DNA of 64,000 bases from Eledone cirrhosa (lineage: Eukaryota): positions 79,794,001 to 79,858,000 of the forward strand of contig OZ024744.1 of assembly GCA_964016885.1 (NCBI GenBank), read 5' to 3'. This document shows, one piece after another, positions 26,554 to 40,234 of the stretch (position 1 is the first letter of the stretch; each line of letters opens with the position of its first letter). Both the position numbers and the translations under genes were made by a program. The notes below the pieces were generated by a model. That model saw only the letters and a list, made by a program, of their open reading frames with translations. It did no database searches and was not told where the DNA came from.

Positions 26554-26728
26554 GTGGTGGTGGCGATGATGGTGGTGGTGGATGTGGCGGTGATGATGAT
26601 GGTGGTGGTGGTGGCGATGATGATGGTGGTGGCGGTGGATGTGGCGGTGATGATGATGGTGGTGGTGGTGGCGATGATGATGGTGGAGGCAGTGGATGTG
26701 GCGGTGATGATGATGGTGGTGGTAATGA
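26468..26728. repeat. Compound (GAT)n/(GGT)n microsatellite with about 60-bp higher-order units
   Basis: Direct inspection; begins at the tail of an RTE/SINE 3' end (26410-26470). Confidence 0.9.
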
Positions 26729-27244
26729 TTACATTATAGCACTAGTAACATTACCATACTATATAATAGACATACACAACAATAGTACATTATATAATGC
26801 TACCAACATTACTGAAACATTACAGAAACATAGATAACAGTAGGTAGTGTGTATTGCAGAACCTATTCTGGGTTTAGCCAGATCTCCCTAGATCTTTAGC
26901 CCTTATGTGAAGCGTTTTAAATTTAGAAAATGGAGCTGTACAATAGACCAATGTAATAAATGAAGCTAACAAACCAAATGCAAGCTGTTTTCTGAAGCAA
27001 CAGCCACAGGCTAAATATAGGGGAAAATAACTTCATATCATGTACCAAAGATGGCTAATAATAGGTTATAGAAAATAAGTAACAAGTCTCACACACACAC
27101 ACACATACATACATACATACATACATATACATACATATATACATATATATATATTGTTTACAGTTAAAGTAGAACTACAGGGAAAAAATATTCTCTACTA
27201 CCCCAGTTATATATATACATATATATTCGACTTGCTTCATCTCC

Positions 27245-27281
<37 letters not shown>

Positions 27282-27353
27282 ATTTGTTGAGTGCTTTATA
27301 TCGGTTATAAAAATATTTTGCTTGTTGTATCCCAACAAATTAAATATAACCTC

Positions 27354-27386
<33 letters not shown>

Positions 27387-27390
27387 CCTC

Positions 27391-27434
<44 letters not shown>

Positions 27435-28044
27435 AAGTATTAATTTGTTGGTTTATGTCTTGTAAGTTATATTCTAGCACCAAGGGTGTGTGTGTGTCCA
27501 TGTATGAGTGTGTAAGTGCGTGCACGTGATGCAAGTGTGAGTGTGTATGTGTGTTTTTAACCTTTAAGAGAATTTGGTAAAATAAATATATCAGAGCTGT
27601 ACATGTTTGTCAAGTGACATGATCTAGGATCATGTGTCGAAATTGAAACCATTACCCGTTGTGGTAGAGTGACGCTAGACATTTTAAGCGCACCATGTGC
27701 TGTTATATGCACTTATGTTTTATTTTATGATCCAAGGGCTGTCTAACGGCTGAAATAAGTTACAGAATCAAAGAGTTAGTATTAGCACATGTAAAAGCAG
27801 CAAATTAGCAGAGTCATTAGAACATCAGACCAAATGCATTGGTGTTTCTCCTGACTCACTACACTATGAGTTCAAATCTAGGTGAGGTCAAATTTGCCTA
27901 TCATCATTTTGTATTTGATAAAAAAAAGTACCAGTCCAGTACTGGGGTAAATTCTTCCTCTATAGATCTTCCTAACTTTCTCTCTACCACACTCTCTCTC
28001 ACTCTTCTCCCTTCTAATCTGGGGAAAAAAAAAAAAATAATAAT

Positions 28045-28088
<44 letters not shown>

Positions 28089-28457
28089 GGCTCTGCCCAA
28101 GACACACTGCACATTAAAATGGCTCCCCTATGATTCTAGCAAGAGTTATGGGTTAGGCAGGCAGAAATACAGTACCAGTCGAGTACTGGGCTTGATCTTT
28201 TCTCTATACCTCTTTCTCACTTTTCTCTCCTCAGGAAGAAATCAGCCCTGTTCAGACCTGGAGAGAAGATAAGCCCCAACCAAGTTTACAATGTCCAAGA
28301 CAATATGTCACACTGCTCACCAAGTTTACAATACCCAAGACACACTATATGTCACTACAGCTCACCAGGTTTACAATACTTGTGATTTGAGGGAAGTTTA
28401 GCTGCTATTTCTAACCAGTTAAAAAATAATTTCTATCATAGAATGGTATGTGTATAT

Positions 28458-28794
28458 ATCATCATCATCATTTTACGTCTGCTTTTCCCTGCTTGCAAGG
28501 GTGGGACTGGAACTGATTCTGGCTTGATTTCTACAGCTGGATGCCCTTCCTAACACCAACCTCATTTACAGTGAGTGCTGGGTGCTTTTTTGCCGTGGCA
28601 CCTCCACGACCACTTTGCAGTGGAATGATAGGGACCCGCAGTCCCTATCATCTCATTTCTACAGCTGAGTAAACTGGAGCAATGTGAAATAAAGTGTCTT
28701 GCTCAAGGAAACAACACATCACCCGGTCTGAGAATTGAACTCACAACCTTTCGATTGCAAGGCCAATGCTCTAACCACTAAGCCATGTGCCTCC
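28458..28794 (-). mobile_element. tRNA-derived SINE family 2 (CORE-like ccttgagcaagacactt body, RTE family A tail), full length
   Basis: Near-identical copies at 42925-43267 (-) and 52951-53296 (+); deleted copies at 28983-29230 and 38085-38335. Confidence 0.9.
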
Positions 28795-29230
<436 letters not shown>

Positions 29231-30926
29231 TATATATATATATGGCTGTGTATATCTGGTTTAGAATAGGTACACCATATTCCTGTGTGCCATAAAATGC
29301 AATTAAAAGGGTTAGTGTCAAGAAGGGCATCTGACTGTAAAACATTGCCTCAAAAAGTCCTGTCCAACTCATGGGTATGGTATGGTCCCATACTCATGAT
29401 AGAGCTGCAGTGTTTCTTGGGCATTTTAAGCCTGGCAGAGCCCAATCCTCTCCAGGCCTGAATACAACTGATTTCTTCCAGAGAGAGGAAGAATAAACCC
29501 TAGTATCAGACTGGTACTTTTTTTATCGACTCCATAAGGATGAAAGGCAAAGTTGACCTTGGTGGGATTTGAACTCAGAGAACATATAGCCAAAACGAAT
29601 ACTACAAAACATTTTATCCGATGTTATAATGTCTCTGCCAATTCGCTGCCTGTCCAACCCATGCCAGCATGGAAAAGTTGGTGTAAAAACAACACTGATG
29701 ATTCAGACAACATCTCAAAAGACAAATATGGTTGTAAGAAAATTGTGGAGATTACAAAACTATATTTTCAGGTATACCATCACACCTGCTTTAATATCAA
29801 AAAAAAAGATAGGTGAAGTAGGTAAGCAATTAAGTTATGACTAAACAGAAATTATTAGAAAGCATGCAAAATAAAGAGATTAAAGGGTTTAACTTATCCG
29901 ACTGAAATATGCGATAAATTGGCATAAGTAGCAAGAATTTGTTCTGAAGTAGCAGCTAAGAAGAACTCAATTTTGATAGGTCTCCAACAGATGGATTCTT
30001 AAAGATAGCACCCACAGGGATTAACATGTGCTGGCCATCAAATGATGTCTTTTAAATCTTACAATTAAGAATGTGGTAATTCATTCTAGTGATATTTATG
30101 GCACCATTCCAATGGGTTTAATAATAATAACAAAAAACAAAAACACTTGAAGTCAATGTTGCCACAACTTCAGTAATTAACAAATACAGTAATTGAAATT
30201 TTTATGGAGTACTTTAAGCAACATAATTAAACTTAAGAACAGCTTCTCAACATGATACATGCCTCCTGTCTCAATGCTAGACCCCATCCCCCCCCCCCCC
30301 CAAAGGGGGGGGGGGGGGGGGGGGGGGGCTCACAAAATGTTAAATACAAAGCAAGATAATCCTTTTGATACCAAACTGCCTAAAACTGCCTTTGATTCCA
30401 TAATATAAAGTTATTTTTAAAAAAAAAAGTTTATATTTATTTAAACACTTTTTATCATAATTTTATGCAACTTTGTTAAGTTATATTCCCAGTACCAGCT
30501 TAATAATGATGAAGTTAGTTATATCATTAACATACCTCCTTCAAATTCTTGATTATTTGAAAATCATAGGCAGTGTATTTCATTAGAAATATAATAACAA
30601 GAGAGTTAAATGCCAAATTGTTCTACAATATTTTCATATATGAAAAAACGAAAAATATCTAGTTTTAGCACAGACTAATATGTATAAATTAGTGATAACA
30701 CTAACACTGAGTGATTCAGAATAAAAGAATAATACAGAGTCATACACAATATTCTTATAATAAATATACATTTAATCTCGCTATATTTAACCCGATGATG
30801 ATAAATCAAGGGTGGTTTGGTATTAAAAGGACTAAATAAAAATTCTGTTGACTAAGGTTATGAAGTTAATTAGTACCATATCAGACAGAAAGCTGATGAA
30901 TTCACCCAATTAACTACAATAAATAT

Positions 30927-31220
30927 TTAACCCTTTAACATTTAAACTGGCCATATCTGGTCAGAATTCTCTCGCCTCTTTCTGTTCAAACTGGTTGTAA
31001 CTGGCCAGTCATAATGATCTTAAGGTATTGTTCTCAAAATAAATAATATCAAAATCTCATAGATTTGATATTATGTGAAATATTATGTGAGGTAAAGTGC
31101 CTACCATGAAAATACAATAGTAAATATAGAGCAATATATATGCTAAAGGGTTAAAGCTTCGATCATTGGAGTAGGATGCTGAGATAGCTGCGACATGACC
31201 ACAGCTTAGAATATTACACA
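30927..31220 (+). mobile_element. piggyBac-like MITE family 2 (ttaaccctttaacattt...tgctaaagggttaa plus extension)
   Basis: TTAA-bounded inverted ends; homologous copy in opposite orientation at about 40235-40517. Confidence 0.7.
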
Positions 31221-31347
31221 TGTGTGCCTTTACTCAATATGAATAAATTCTTGCACGACTATTTCAATTTTCTTCTTTTTTTTTTTTGTTGCAATTATAA
31301 GAAATAAAATTTAAAAGAATAACAAAATGTAACACACAGAAACATAC

Positions 31348-31513
31348 CCACAGAGGAGTTCTTTTTTGGTAAATAATTTCCATCTTTTAAGATTCTGTGC
31401 CCTAAGAGTAGTCTGTAGACTCTGGTTGAGGCATTCAGTAGGTAATAAGCCAATGAAAGCATGGCGTTGAGGAACAAAGTGGACATAGGTAAGACCAAAG
31501 ATATCAGGGACAT
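31348..31513 (-). CDS. Candidate alternative first coding exon, 55 codons + 1 nt: MSLISLVLPMSTLFLNAMLSLAYYLLNASTRVYRLLLGHRILKDGNYLPKKNSSV
   Basis: ATG-initiated ORF in unique sequence ending at gtgG|GTATGT (phase-1 donor). Hydrophobic N-terminus. Preceded on the minus strand by UTR-like unique sequence and CT-rich tracts up to about 33.1 kb. Confidence 0.45.
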
Positions 31514-31602
31514 AAGTAGGGTTTTCTTCTTTCTTCCAAATACACATACATATATATAATATAAACTATAGACATAAATAGAATATAGACAGGTAAAGAG
31601 GA

Positions 31603-31656
<54 letters not shown>

Positions 31657-32330
31657 AGAGAGGGGGGTTTACTTTGCTATTGTACTTGTAAAGAAATAGT
31701 CTAGAGAAGATAAGAAGAGAAAGGGTAAAGGGCTAGGAAGACTGGAATTAATCCTATGGCCATGAGAAGAAAAGATTAGTCTGCAAGGATTAGGAAATGA
31801 AAAGCACCACTCTGGTCTGCATCATCCAGCTTTGCTTCAAAGAATTTTTTTTTTTTTCTGAACCACATAAAGAATAAAATGGAGTGCGGGTGTGGTGTGG
31901 TGGTGGAAATAAAAACAAGAACAAAATAAACTAAAATTTTTTTTTAAATGCGAAAAATATAACGATGAAAAATCATAGATGTCACGTTTGAATTGTTGAA
32001 TGGTGGTAGTGGTGCTGTGTATAAGAGAACCAGACTAAAAGAGAGGAAGAACGGAAAAGAAAAACAAAACAACAACAAAAAACTTTGAAACTTTGTTCTG
32101 GATTACAAGAAGAAAATGAAGGAGAACCCAATAGATTTAAGGAAGAGGGGGAAGCAAGGAGAACCCAATAGGTTTGAGTAAGAGGGGGAAGCTACAAGTA
32201 AAAGAGGTTACAGTTCTGTTCTAGCTTCGTAAGTTATTAAAATGAACAGATAGGCCCTAATATATGGACCACCTCTCTGTTCTTGTTTACATGAACCTTA
32301 AACTTCTTGTGTATACATACTAACACACAT

Positions 32331-32375
<45 letters not shown>

Positions 32376-32383
32376 CATATATG

Positions 32384-32417
<34 letters not shown>

Positions 32418-32508
32418 GGTGTGTGTATCAAATACAAAATTTTAAACATCTATCAATAAGATTTCTCGCCTTCCTGTCACCCCACCCCAGATTTAAAATT
32501 AGGAGAGA

Positions 32509-32553
<45 letters not shown>

Positions 32554-32785
32554 ATTGGTTTATCTCTTTGAGACTGCCTGTAACAGAGAAGGAAGCCACA
32601 TATCAACAACATTACATGTAAACTGCCACCAACAAGCTGGTACCTTTTTAATCATCCCCTGGCCTTGTACCTATATAAGAAATCATTATTATTATTATTA
32701 TCGTTGTATTCATCACCTTTCTCTTTCTCTCCCAACTAGACCCAAACAACTGGTAGATTACATATATATATATATATACACACAT

Positions 32786-32824
<39 letters not shown>

Positions 32825-32970
32825 GAGAGTTTGATAAGAGCTTTACATATGGCAACATCCAATTACAAGACTTCCTCTAGAAGTCTGTGGAAACCAGAAG
32901 AGATGACAGGTATAAGACATCATAAAGGTTGAATGTAAGTAGTGGGAAATGGTGGAGGGGGGGGGGGGGT

Positions 32971-32988
32971 GAGAGAGAGAGAGAGAAG

Positions 32989-33082
<94 letters not shown>
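32971..33082. repeat. (GA)n microsatellite preceded by a G-run
   Basis: Direct inspection. Confidence 0.95.
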
Positions 33083-33083
<1 letters not shown>

Positions 33084-35467
33084 TCTTCAAGTGTATAAAC
33101 CCCAACTGCTCAAGTTTTCATAAATTCATTTTGCAAGATCTCAAAATCTTATTTAACCCTTTCGATATCAAACCAACAAAAATTGCCCATGTTCCACTTG
33201 GTATTAAACTATATTTTAAAGTGTTTATATTTATCTAAACAAAACAAAAAAATAAATAAAATAAAATAAACTTTCATTATAATATTATGAGAGAACCTTT
33301 GTTAAGTTATGTTCCTTCAATATTATTTGAAAATTACAAATTACAAGTAATTACATTAAAAATATGGTAATGAAAGGCTTTAAAATGAAATTAATATAAT
33401 AAATAGAGCTTAAAATATTATTCTTTTAAGTTCTCTCTTTAGAATAGACTTGCCCATATAAAATTTCTAGTTATTTTTTAAATGATTTTTAACTTATGAA
33501 TGTATTTCTGAGTGCTACTGGATAAAACTTACAAACATTCCCATCCCAATTTGAATTCAGCTTTGAAACATTAAACCCTTTTGATGTCAACCCACCTGAG
33601 ACCTTCACTGCTGGTTCTACAATACAAAAACCATCTGTTTTTAAGTGTTCATAATTTAATTTAGAACTTTCACTTTAAATTAAAACCTTCCATCATTATT
33701 TTATATAAAAACCTTTTGTTAAGTTATATTCCAGTCACAACTTGACTATTTAATATTAATCCATCTAAGACCACCACCCCTGGTTCTATGATACAAAAAC
33801 CGTTTGTTTTAGTGTTCATATTTAAATTAGAACTTTCTATCATAATTTTATGTGAAAAACAAAAAACAAAACAAAAAAAAACTTAACTGCAAAAGGCTTC
33901 AAATTTTGAAGCAGTCAATGATATCAATCTCAATATTTAACTGGTATTTCATTTTATTGACCCCAGAAGAATAAAAGGCAAAACTGAAGAATAAATGACT
34001 ATCAAACCATTGGAAAGTATTTTCCTTAGCTTAATAATTGTTTCTACTTTTTGGCACAAGGCCAGCAATTATCCCAGTGTATTACTGGTACTTTATTTTA
34101 TCGACCCCGTAAAGATGAAAGGCAAAGTTAACCTCGGCGGGATTTGAACTCAAACCATAAAGGCCCGTAACTCTTTGCTGCAAAGCATGGCGTCCGACCC
34201 TCTACCGATACTGCCAATCCACCTTCCTGGTTTATAATTTAGACACAAGGCCAACAATCTGGGGGGAAGGGAAAGTCGATTAAATTGACCCCAGTGCATT
34301 ACTGGTACTTTATTTTATCGACCCCGTAAGGAAAAAGGCAAAGCTAACCTCGGTGTGATTTGAACTCAGAACGTAAAGGGCCATAACTATGCCGCTAAGC
34401 ATGTTGTCCGACGCTCTACCAATTCTGAGAACATGCTTAGCAGTATAGAGTTATGGCCCTTAATAATGATTTATAAGTTAGGCACATGGCTGTCTATACC
34501 GAGTTCAAATCTCTGCCAAGGTTGACTTTGTCTTCTATCCTTTCAAGGGTGATAAATAAAGTACCAGTTTTGTATTCTGTTTGATTCTTCCTCTATATCT
34601 ATTTCTCACTCCCTTTCCCTAAAAGAAATTGGTTGTGTTCATACCAGGTTCAAAATGCCCAAGAAATGCTGTATGTCACTATGACACCTGTTGACTCCAC
34701 CAGGTATTACATGTTCATACATGCATGCGTGCATGCACACACACATACATAATATAAGTGGTTAAGATATTTTATGATAAACTTAAATACCTTTACTTAT
34801 ATACATGAGAAATTTGATGGAAAGAAAAGTGACAGAACTGCCCCCCAGGAATGAAACTACATATCTATTAAATACCAGACCACCACAAAGACCACTATTA
34901 AGATGACCAGACAACATTTCAACATCAAATTTAGTAGATTTAAATGTCTAACTACAAACATACATACACACACACAGGTGATGTGAAATGCTCCGCAATA
35001 AAGACAAGATACTCATAACTAGAAAAGTGGAATCTTTTGTTAGTCTTTACTGAATTGTTCCGTACAATACATCATCGTCATTTAATGTCCGTTTTCCTTG
35101 CTAGCAAGAGTAACACAGGTCTTCACAGACCAAATCAGTACTTAATCAGAGCTGCAGACTGACCTAGAGGCCACATCTTGCTTCCATATGTTCCTACACC
35201 TTACAGAATGTAGTGGGTGCATTTTATTGAGACACCAGCACTAGGGAGGTTGTCATGTGCTTCACATGACTTATGATGCCTCTCAATCCTTTGTTTGACA
35301 AGTTTTCTCTTATTAGATATCCTTCCTATCTCCAACAACTTTACAGAGTGTACTTGGTGCATTTTATTGTGACACCAACACTAAGGAGATTGCTGAGCCC
35401 TTGATGCAACTGGAGAGTTCTTTCAACCATTTGGCAAGTTTTCTACAACAGGATACTCTTCCTATGG

Positions 35468-36805
35468 CTCAAGAAATGAAGAAGGAGTGAGACTTCTTGA
35501 ATTTTGTGATGCAAATGCACTAACCATTTGCAACACTAACTTCCAGAAGCCTACCAACCACCTAATAACCTACAAATCAGGCGGGCACATAAGCCAGATT
35601 GACTTCCTGCTAGTTAGACAGCGAGGCAGACAGATGGTGTCAAATACTAAGGCATAGCCCGGGGAAGAATGTACCCCCACAGCATAGGTTAGTCGTTAGT
35701 GACATCTCAGTAAGAGAAAGAATGAGACATACAGGAAGGTGTGGAAAAGAAAGGTCTGGAAGCTAAAAGACCTTTCACTAAAATATAAATTTAGCAAAAC
35801 CCTTCAAGATGTGTATGACGAAAAAGAAGACGATTTCGAGTCGTATGACATAGACGATAACTGGAATTTCTTGCATGACAACTTACTGCAGGCTACTGAA
35901 GAAACTTGTGGCTGGGGCAGAGCTTCAACCAGACAGAGAGTGACCTGGTGGTGGAACAGCACGGTAGATAGTGTTATTAGAGACAAAAAAACTGGCATGG
36001 AAGGCTTGGGAAAATGGTGGGAGTAGAGAAGGATATACAGCTGCTAAGAGAGAAGCTAGACGTCAGGTGTACTTAGCACGCAGGGAGGCTGAGAGTAGGA
36101 GGTTTTTCAATGTTCTGTGATGGGAAGATCAGAGACATGTGGTGTTCTGCATTGCAAGGCAGTGTGTCAGTGCAAATCAGGATGTTGTTGGAAATAAGTG
36201 TGTCCGGAATGATGCCGGTGTACTTAGTGTCACAAATGATTGAAAAAAGGAAGCCTGGAAATGTCATTATGAGAGACTGATGAATGTGGAGAACGAATGG
36301 GAGAGAAAGAAATTACCCCCAGCTATTGAAATTGACAAATATAGGGTACAAGAGGCAATTAAGGAAATGAAGAATGGTAAGGCTGCTAGACCGTCGGGGA
36401 TAGTTGCTGAGATGCTGAAGGCATCAGGAGAAGTAGGCACTAAACTGGTTGCACACATCATCAATCAAGCTATATATGGTGGTGTCATACCCAAAGACTG
36501 GTGCAGCAGTATTCTCATAAATTGTTACAAAGGCAAAGGGGATGATCTGGAGAGGAGCAATTATAGGGACATAAAACTTATGGATCAGGTTATAAAAGTG
36601 GCAGAGAGAATATTAGCGCAACTGATTAGAGAAAGGGTCAAATTAGATGAGATGCAGTTTGGTTTTGTGCCTGGGAAAAGTACAACAGATCCTCTCTTCT
36701 TGATGAGGCAACTACAAGAGAGGTTCTTAGAGAAGAATAAGCCACTATACTCAGCTTTTGTAGACCTAGAGAAGGCCTTTGATAGGGTACCCCGATCTGT
36801 CATCT
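35468..36805 (+). mobile_element. RTE LINE family A internal fragment (end of AP endonuclease to RT N-half)
   Basis: LLEFCDAN.L.ICNTNFQKP..HLITYKSG....QIDFLLVR...PGEECTPQHRLV, TWWWN, FGFVPGKSTTD, FVDLEKAFDRV; homologous to the reverse complement of 21570-22122. Confidence 0.9.
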
Positions 36806-37523
36806 GATGATGATGTGTAGTGGGTGCTTTTTATCATGGCACTTGCACTAGGGAGGTTGTTGGTTATTGACTCAACTGAGGAATCCTGTGAGATGTGTTC
36901 AGGAGGAGGGAGGGGAGAAGTAAGAAAGATAAGTATAATGTCATGAGTGAATGACAATAGGTGGGTGAGAAGGGGGTATGACAAATACGATGTCAGAAGT
37001 GTAAAGGGTTTGATATATACATCAAGATGTAGAGCCACTGGCCTGCACACGCACTTGGTAGAATGTGGGAATGTATGTAAATAAGATATAGACCCCAGCT
37101 CATCTAAGAAGTCAGTAGTTTTGTTTTAATAGTAACTATGTCTGTGACAACCCATCCAACCCTTGTTAGCAAGGAAAAACAGATATTAAAGGAAGATGAT
37201 GATGGTGACACACACACACACATATATATATATAAATGTAGTTGTTAAACGTTGGCAAATTATATATATATATATATGTATATATATATAATGTATATGT
37301 GTGTGTGAAGGCATGTGACTGAGTGGTAAGAGAATCGAATTCACAATCGTGAGGTTGTGAGTTTGATTCCTGGACCGAGCGATACGTTATGTCCTTGAGC
37401 AAGACACTTTATTTCACGTAGCTCCTTCTACCTGGAGTTGCAACTGATAGATAGTAATAGCAATTGGAAAGACCAACGGGAAAATTGTTTCATCAGTCCG
37501 ATTTGACGAAAGTTGATCGACTG

Positions 37524-37561
<38 letters not shown>

Positions 37562-37593
37562 CTGTCGATATATATATATATATATATCGACTG

Positions 37594-37634
<41 letters not shown>

Positions 37635-37786
37635 GGAATGTAACTTGGAGTTACTGTAGGTTCACCCGGGTCAGCACTCGATGTTTAGGTTCACTTCAGT
37701 GTCGAGGTGTAGAGCTAGACAGAGTGTAGTATAGTGAAATAAGATAACAAGGACGAGGGGTTACTCCTTCATTACGTTTATTAGTT

Positions 37787-37871
37787 GGTGACGTACGTTT
37801 CGCCACTGATCAGCTCAAGGTTCAATCTGTATCGATCTAGCCCGACTCTGTAATCCGCGGCTTGTCAGACC
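37787..37871 (-). ncRNA. Degenerate minimal type-I hammerhead ribozyme of Penelope-like element
   Basis: Minus strand: ggt-CTGACAA-gccgcggatta...tgatcagtggc-GAAA-C-gtac-G-TC-acc. Stem I ggt/acc, extended stem II, 1-bp stem III with palindromic GTAC loop. The core has G8>A. Flanked by (TA)n. Confidence 0.6.
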
Positions 37872-38688
37872 CCTCCCTTGTAATGGTAATGGAAAAATAT
37901 ATATATATTTTAAAATGTACTTATGAAGCATTGAGAAATTATACAAATGAAACAGTTCTAGTCCTGTAGAAGTCAATTTCTATATATAATAAAGATGTCT
38001 ATACTCTACCAACGTATTGAGTACCTTTTTTAAATTGTGGTTACTTCCAAACACAACTCGGTAATCTACATATTATATATATATCATCATCATCACCGTT
38101 TTACGTCCGTTCTTCCACGCAAGCATGGGTTAAACGGGTTGTCCGTGGCACCTCCACGACCACTTTGCAGTGGAATGATAGGGACCCCAGTCCCTATCAT
38201 CTCATTTCTACAGCTGAGTAAACTGGAGCAATGTGAAATAAAGTGTCTTGCTCAAAGAAACAACACATCACCCGGTCTGAGAATTGAACTCACAACCTTT
38301 CGATTACAAGCCCAATGCTCTAACCACTAAGCCATATATATATAGTGGCACTCCAGTGCCATATGATACAATCAACGGAACAGCCTGCTTGTGAAATTAA
38401 TGTGAAAGTGGCTGAGCATTCCACAAACACGCATACTCAATGTATTTTTGGGGAGGTTCTGTTAAATACAGAATGTGTCAAGGTTGGCTCTTTGAACTAC
38501 AGGTACAACTCATTTTTGCCTGCTGAGTGAACTGGAGCAATATAAAATAAACACTACCAGAAATCAAACTCACGATCTTTCGATCTTGAGCCGAATACCC
38601 TAACCACAAAGCCATGGGCCTTCACAAGAGATAGACAGACAGATATATAGATAGACATATACATAGATAAATAGATAGACAGATGGAC

Positions 38689-38719
<31 letters not shown>

Positions 38720-39157
38720 CGTCTTTGGAGTTCTATGATGAGCCCTAAGTACATCGCTACTGCTTGTGTCTTAAGATTTCTTCGATGTTTTGTGATGAGA
38801 TAACATTTTGTCTCATCACATGAGTACATCCCTCCTTCCTACCTTCTCACCTCTCGTATCTTTAGACTCCTTCAATATTCTCTGATGATACATTTGCCTC
38901 ATCACGTAAGTATATACTTCCCACCCCACCCCGCTCACTCACTTATGTATTTTAGACATTTTTTTCCTTTTTCTTTTTTTTTCAATATTATTAGATGAGA
39001 CAACATTTGTCTCATCACATAAGTACATCCGTTCCTCTTCCCTTCTCCCATCACCACCACCACCACCATCTTTCTCATGTCTTTAGACTTTCATAGTGTT
39101 TGTTCTCTAATGAGACAAAACTCCATATGTCTCATGAATTAAGTAAATAAGTACAAC
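38720..39157. repeat. Degenerate array of 4 (+1 partial) hairpin-bearing repeats with variable pyrimidine-rich spacers
   Basis: Recurrent tctttagact...tgatgagacaacatttgtctcatcacataagtacatc at about 38764, 38853, 38943 and 39073. Confidence 0.75.
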
Positions 39158-40234
39158 CTATTTCTTTTTTTCTTACGAGAATTTTACTTCAGCTACTCAT
39201 CAGGCCTTCTATAGTGCTAAATAATGGTTTGATTTAGGCATAAGGCCAAGAGATTTGAAGGAGGGGTAAGTCGATTAAATTGACCCCAGTGTATAACTAG
39301 TGCTTTATTTTATCAACCCCATAAGGATGGTTTCTGATTTAGGCACAGGGCCAAGAGATTTGGGGGAGGAGAAAATCGATTAAACTGACCCCAGTGCATT
39401 ACTGCTACTTTATTCTATCAATCCCCATAAGGATGAAAAGCAAAGCTAACCTTGGTGGGATTTGAACTCAGAACGTAAAGGGCTGTAACTATATGCCACA
39501 AAGCATGTTGTCCAATGCTCTACCGATACTGTCAATCTACTACTCTACGTCAAAGATAATAATAATAATAATAATAGTTTCTGATTCAGGCAGAAGGCCA
39601 AACATTTTGGGGGAGGTGAAAGTCAATTAAATCGACCCAGTGCATTACTGCTACTTTATTTTATCAACCTCGTAAGGATGAAAAGCAAAGCTAGCTTTGG
39701 TGGGATTTGAACTCTTGTTGTCCAATGCTCTAACGATACTGCCAATCTCTTGCCATTAGTGCTAAATAATAAATGGATGTTTTAGTAAAAAAAAAAAGTT
39801 TTTACATTATGGCAGATTCATTACAGCCATTTAAAAAAAAAATCTCACACACATACACAAAAAAATTAATTTCACTTTACTTTTATCATTTAGATCCTGG
39901 TATAAAAAATTTCATCATTGAACACTGATATGGTCCCAGTTTTAATCTCTCATCAAAAACGTAATAGCAGCAGGATTGCAGTGAAATTAACTCAATGACC
40001 AGGTAGGTCGCAAATAGTACCACAAATAAAACTTTTGCTATCAGGAAATAAATGAAATATGTAAAGTAATGTGAATTTAACAGTTTGTGTGTGAGTATGT
40101 TGTAATCCTTTACCATTTACATTACTCTAAATTACCGTGAAAATACAATAGTAAATATATTTTTATCGAATAAAAGAACATATGAATCTATATACAGTAT
40201 GTTTACCTGTAATGAACATATATTTAGCCCTGAT

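Noticed and set aside
26439-26837. Poly-D/G and poly-M/V ORFs
   Set aside because: Translations of a trinucleotide microsatellite; no splice signals or other coding evidence.
30289-30328. C-run/G-run hairpin or G-quadruplex (also about 45560-45600)
   Set aside because: Homopolymer runs are common throughout the window and prone to sequencing error.
38720-39157. True CRISPR array
   Set aside because: Eukaryotic context, degenerate repeats, irregular low-complexity spacers and no cas genes.
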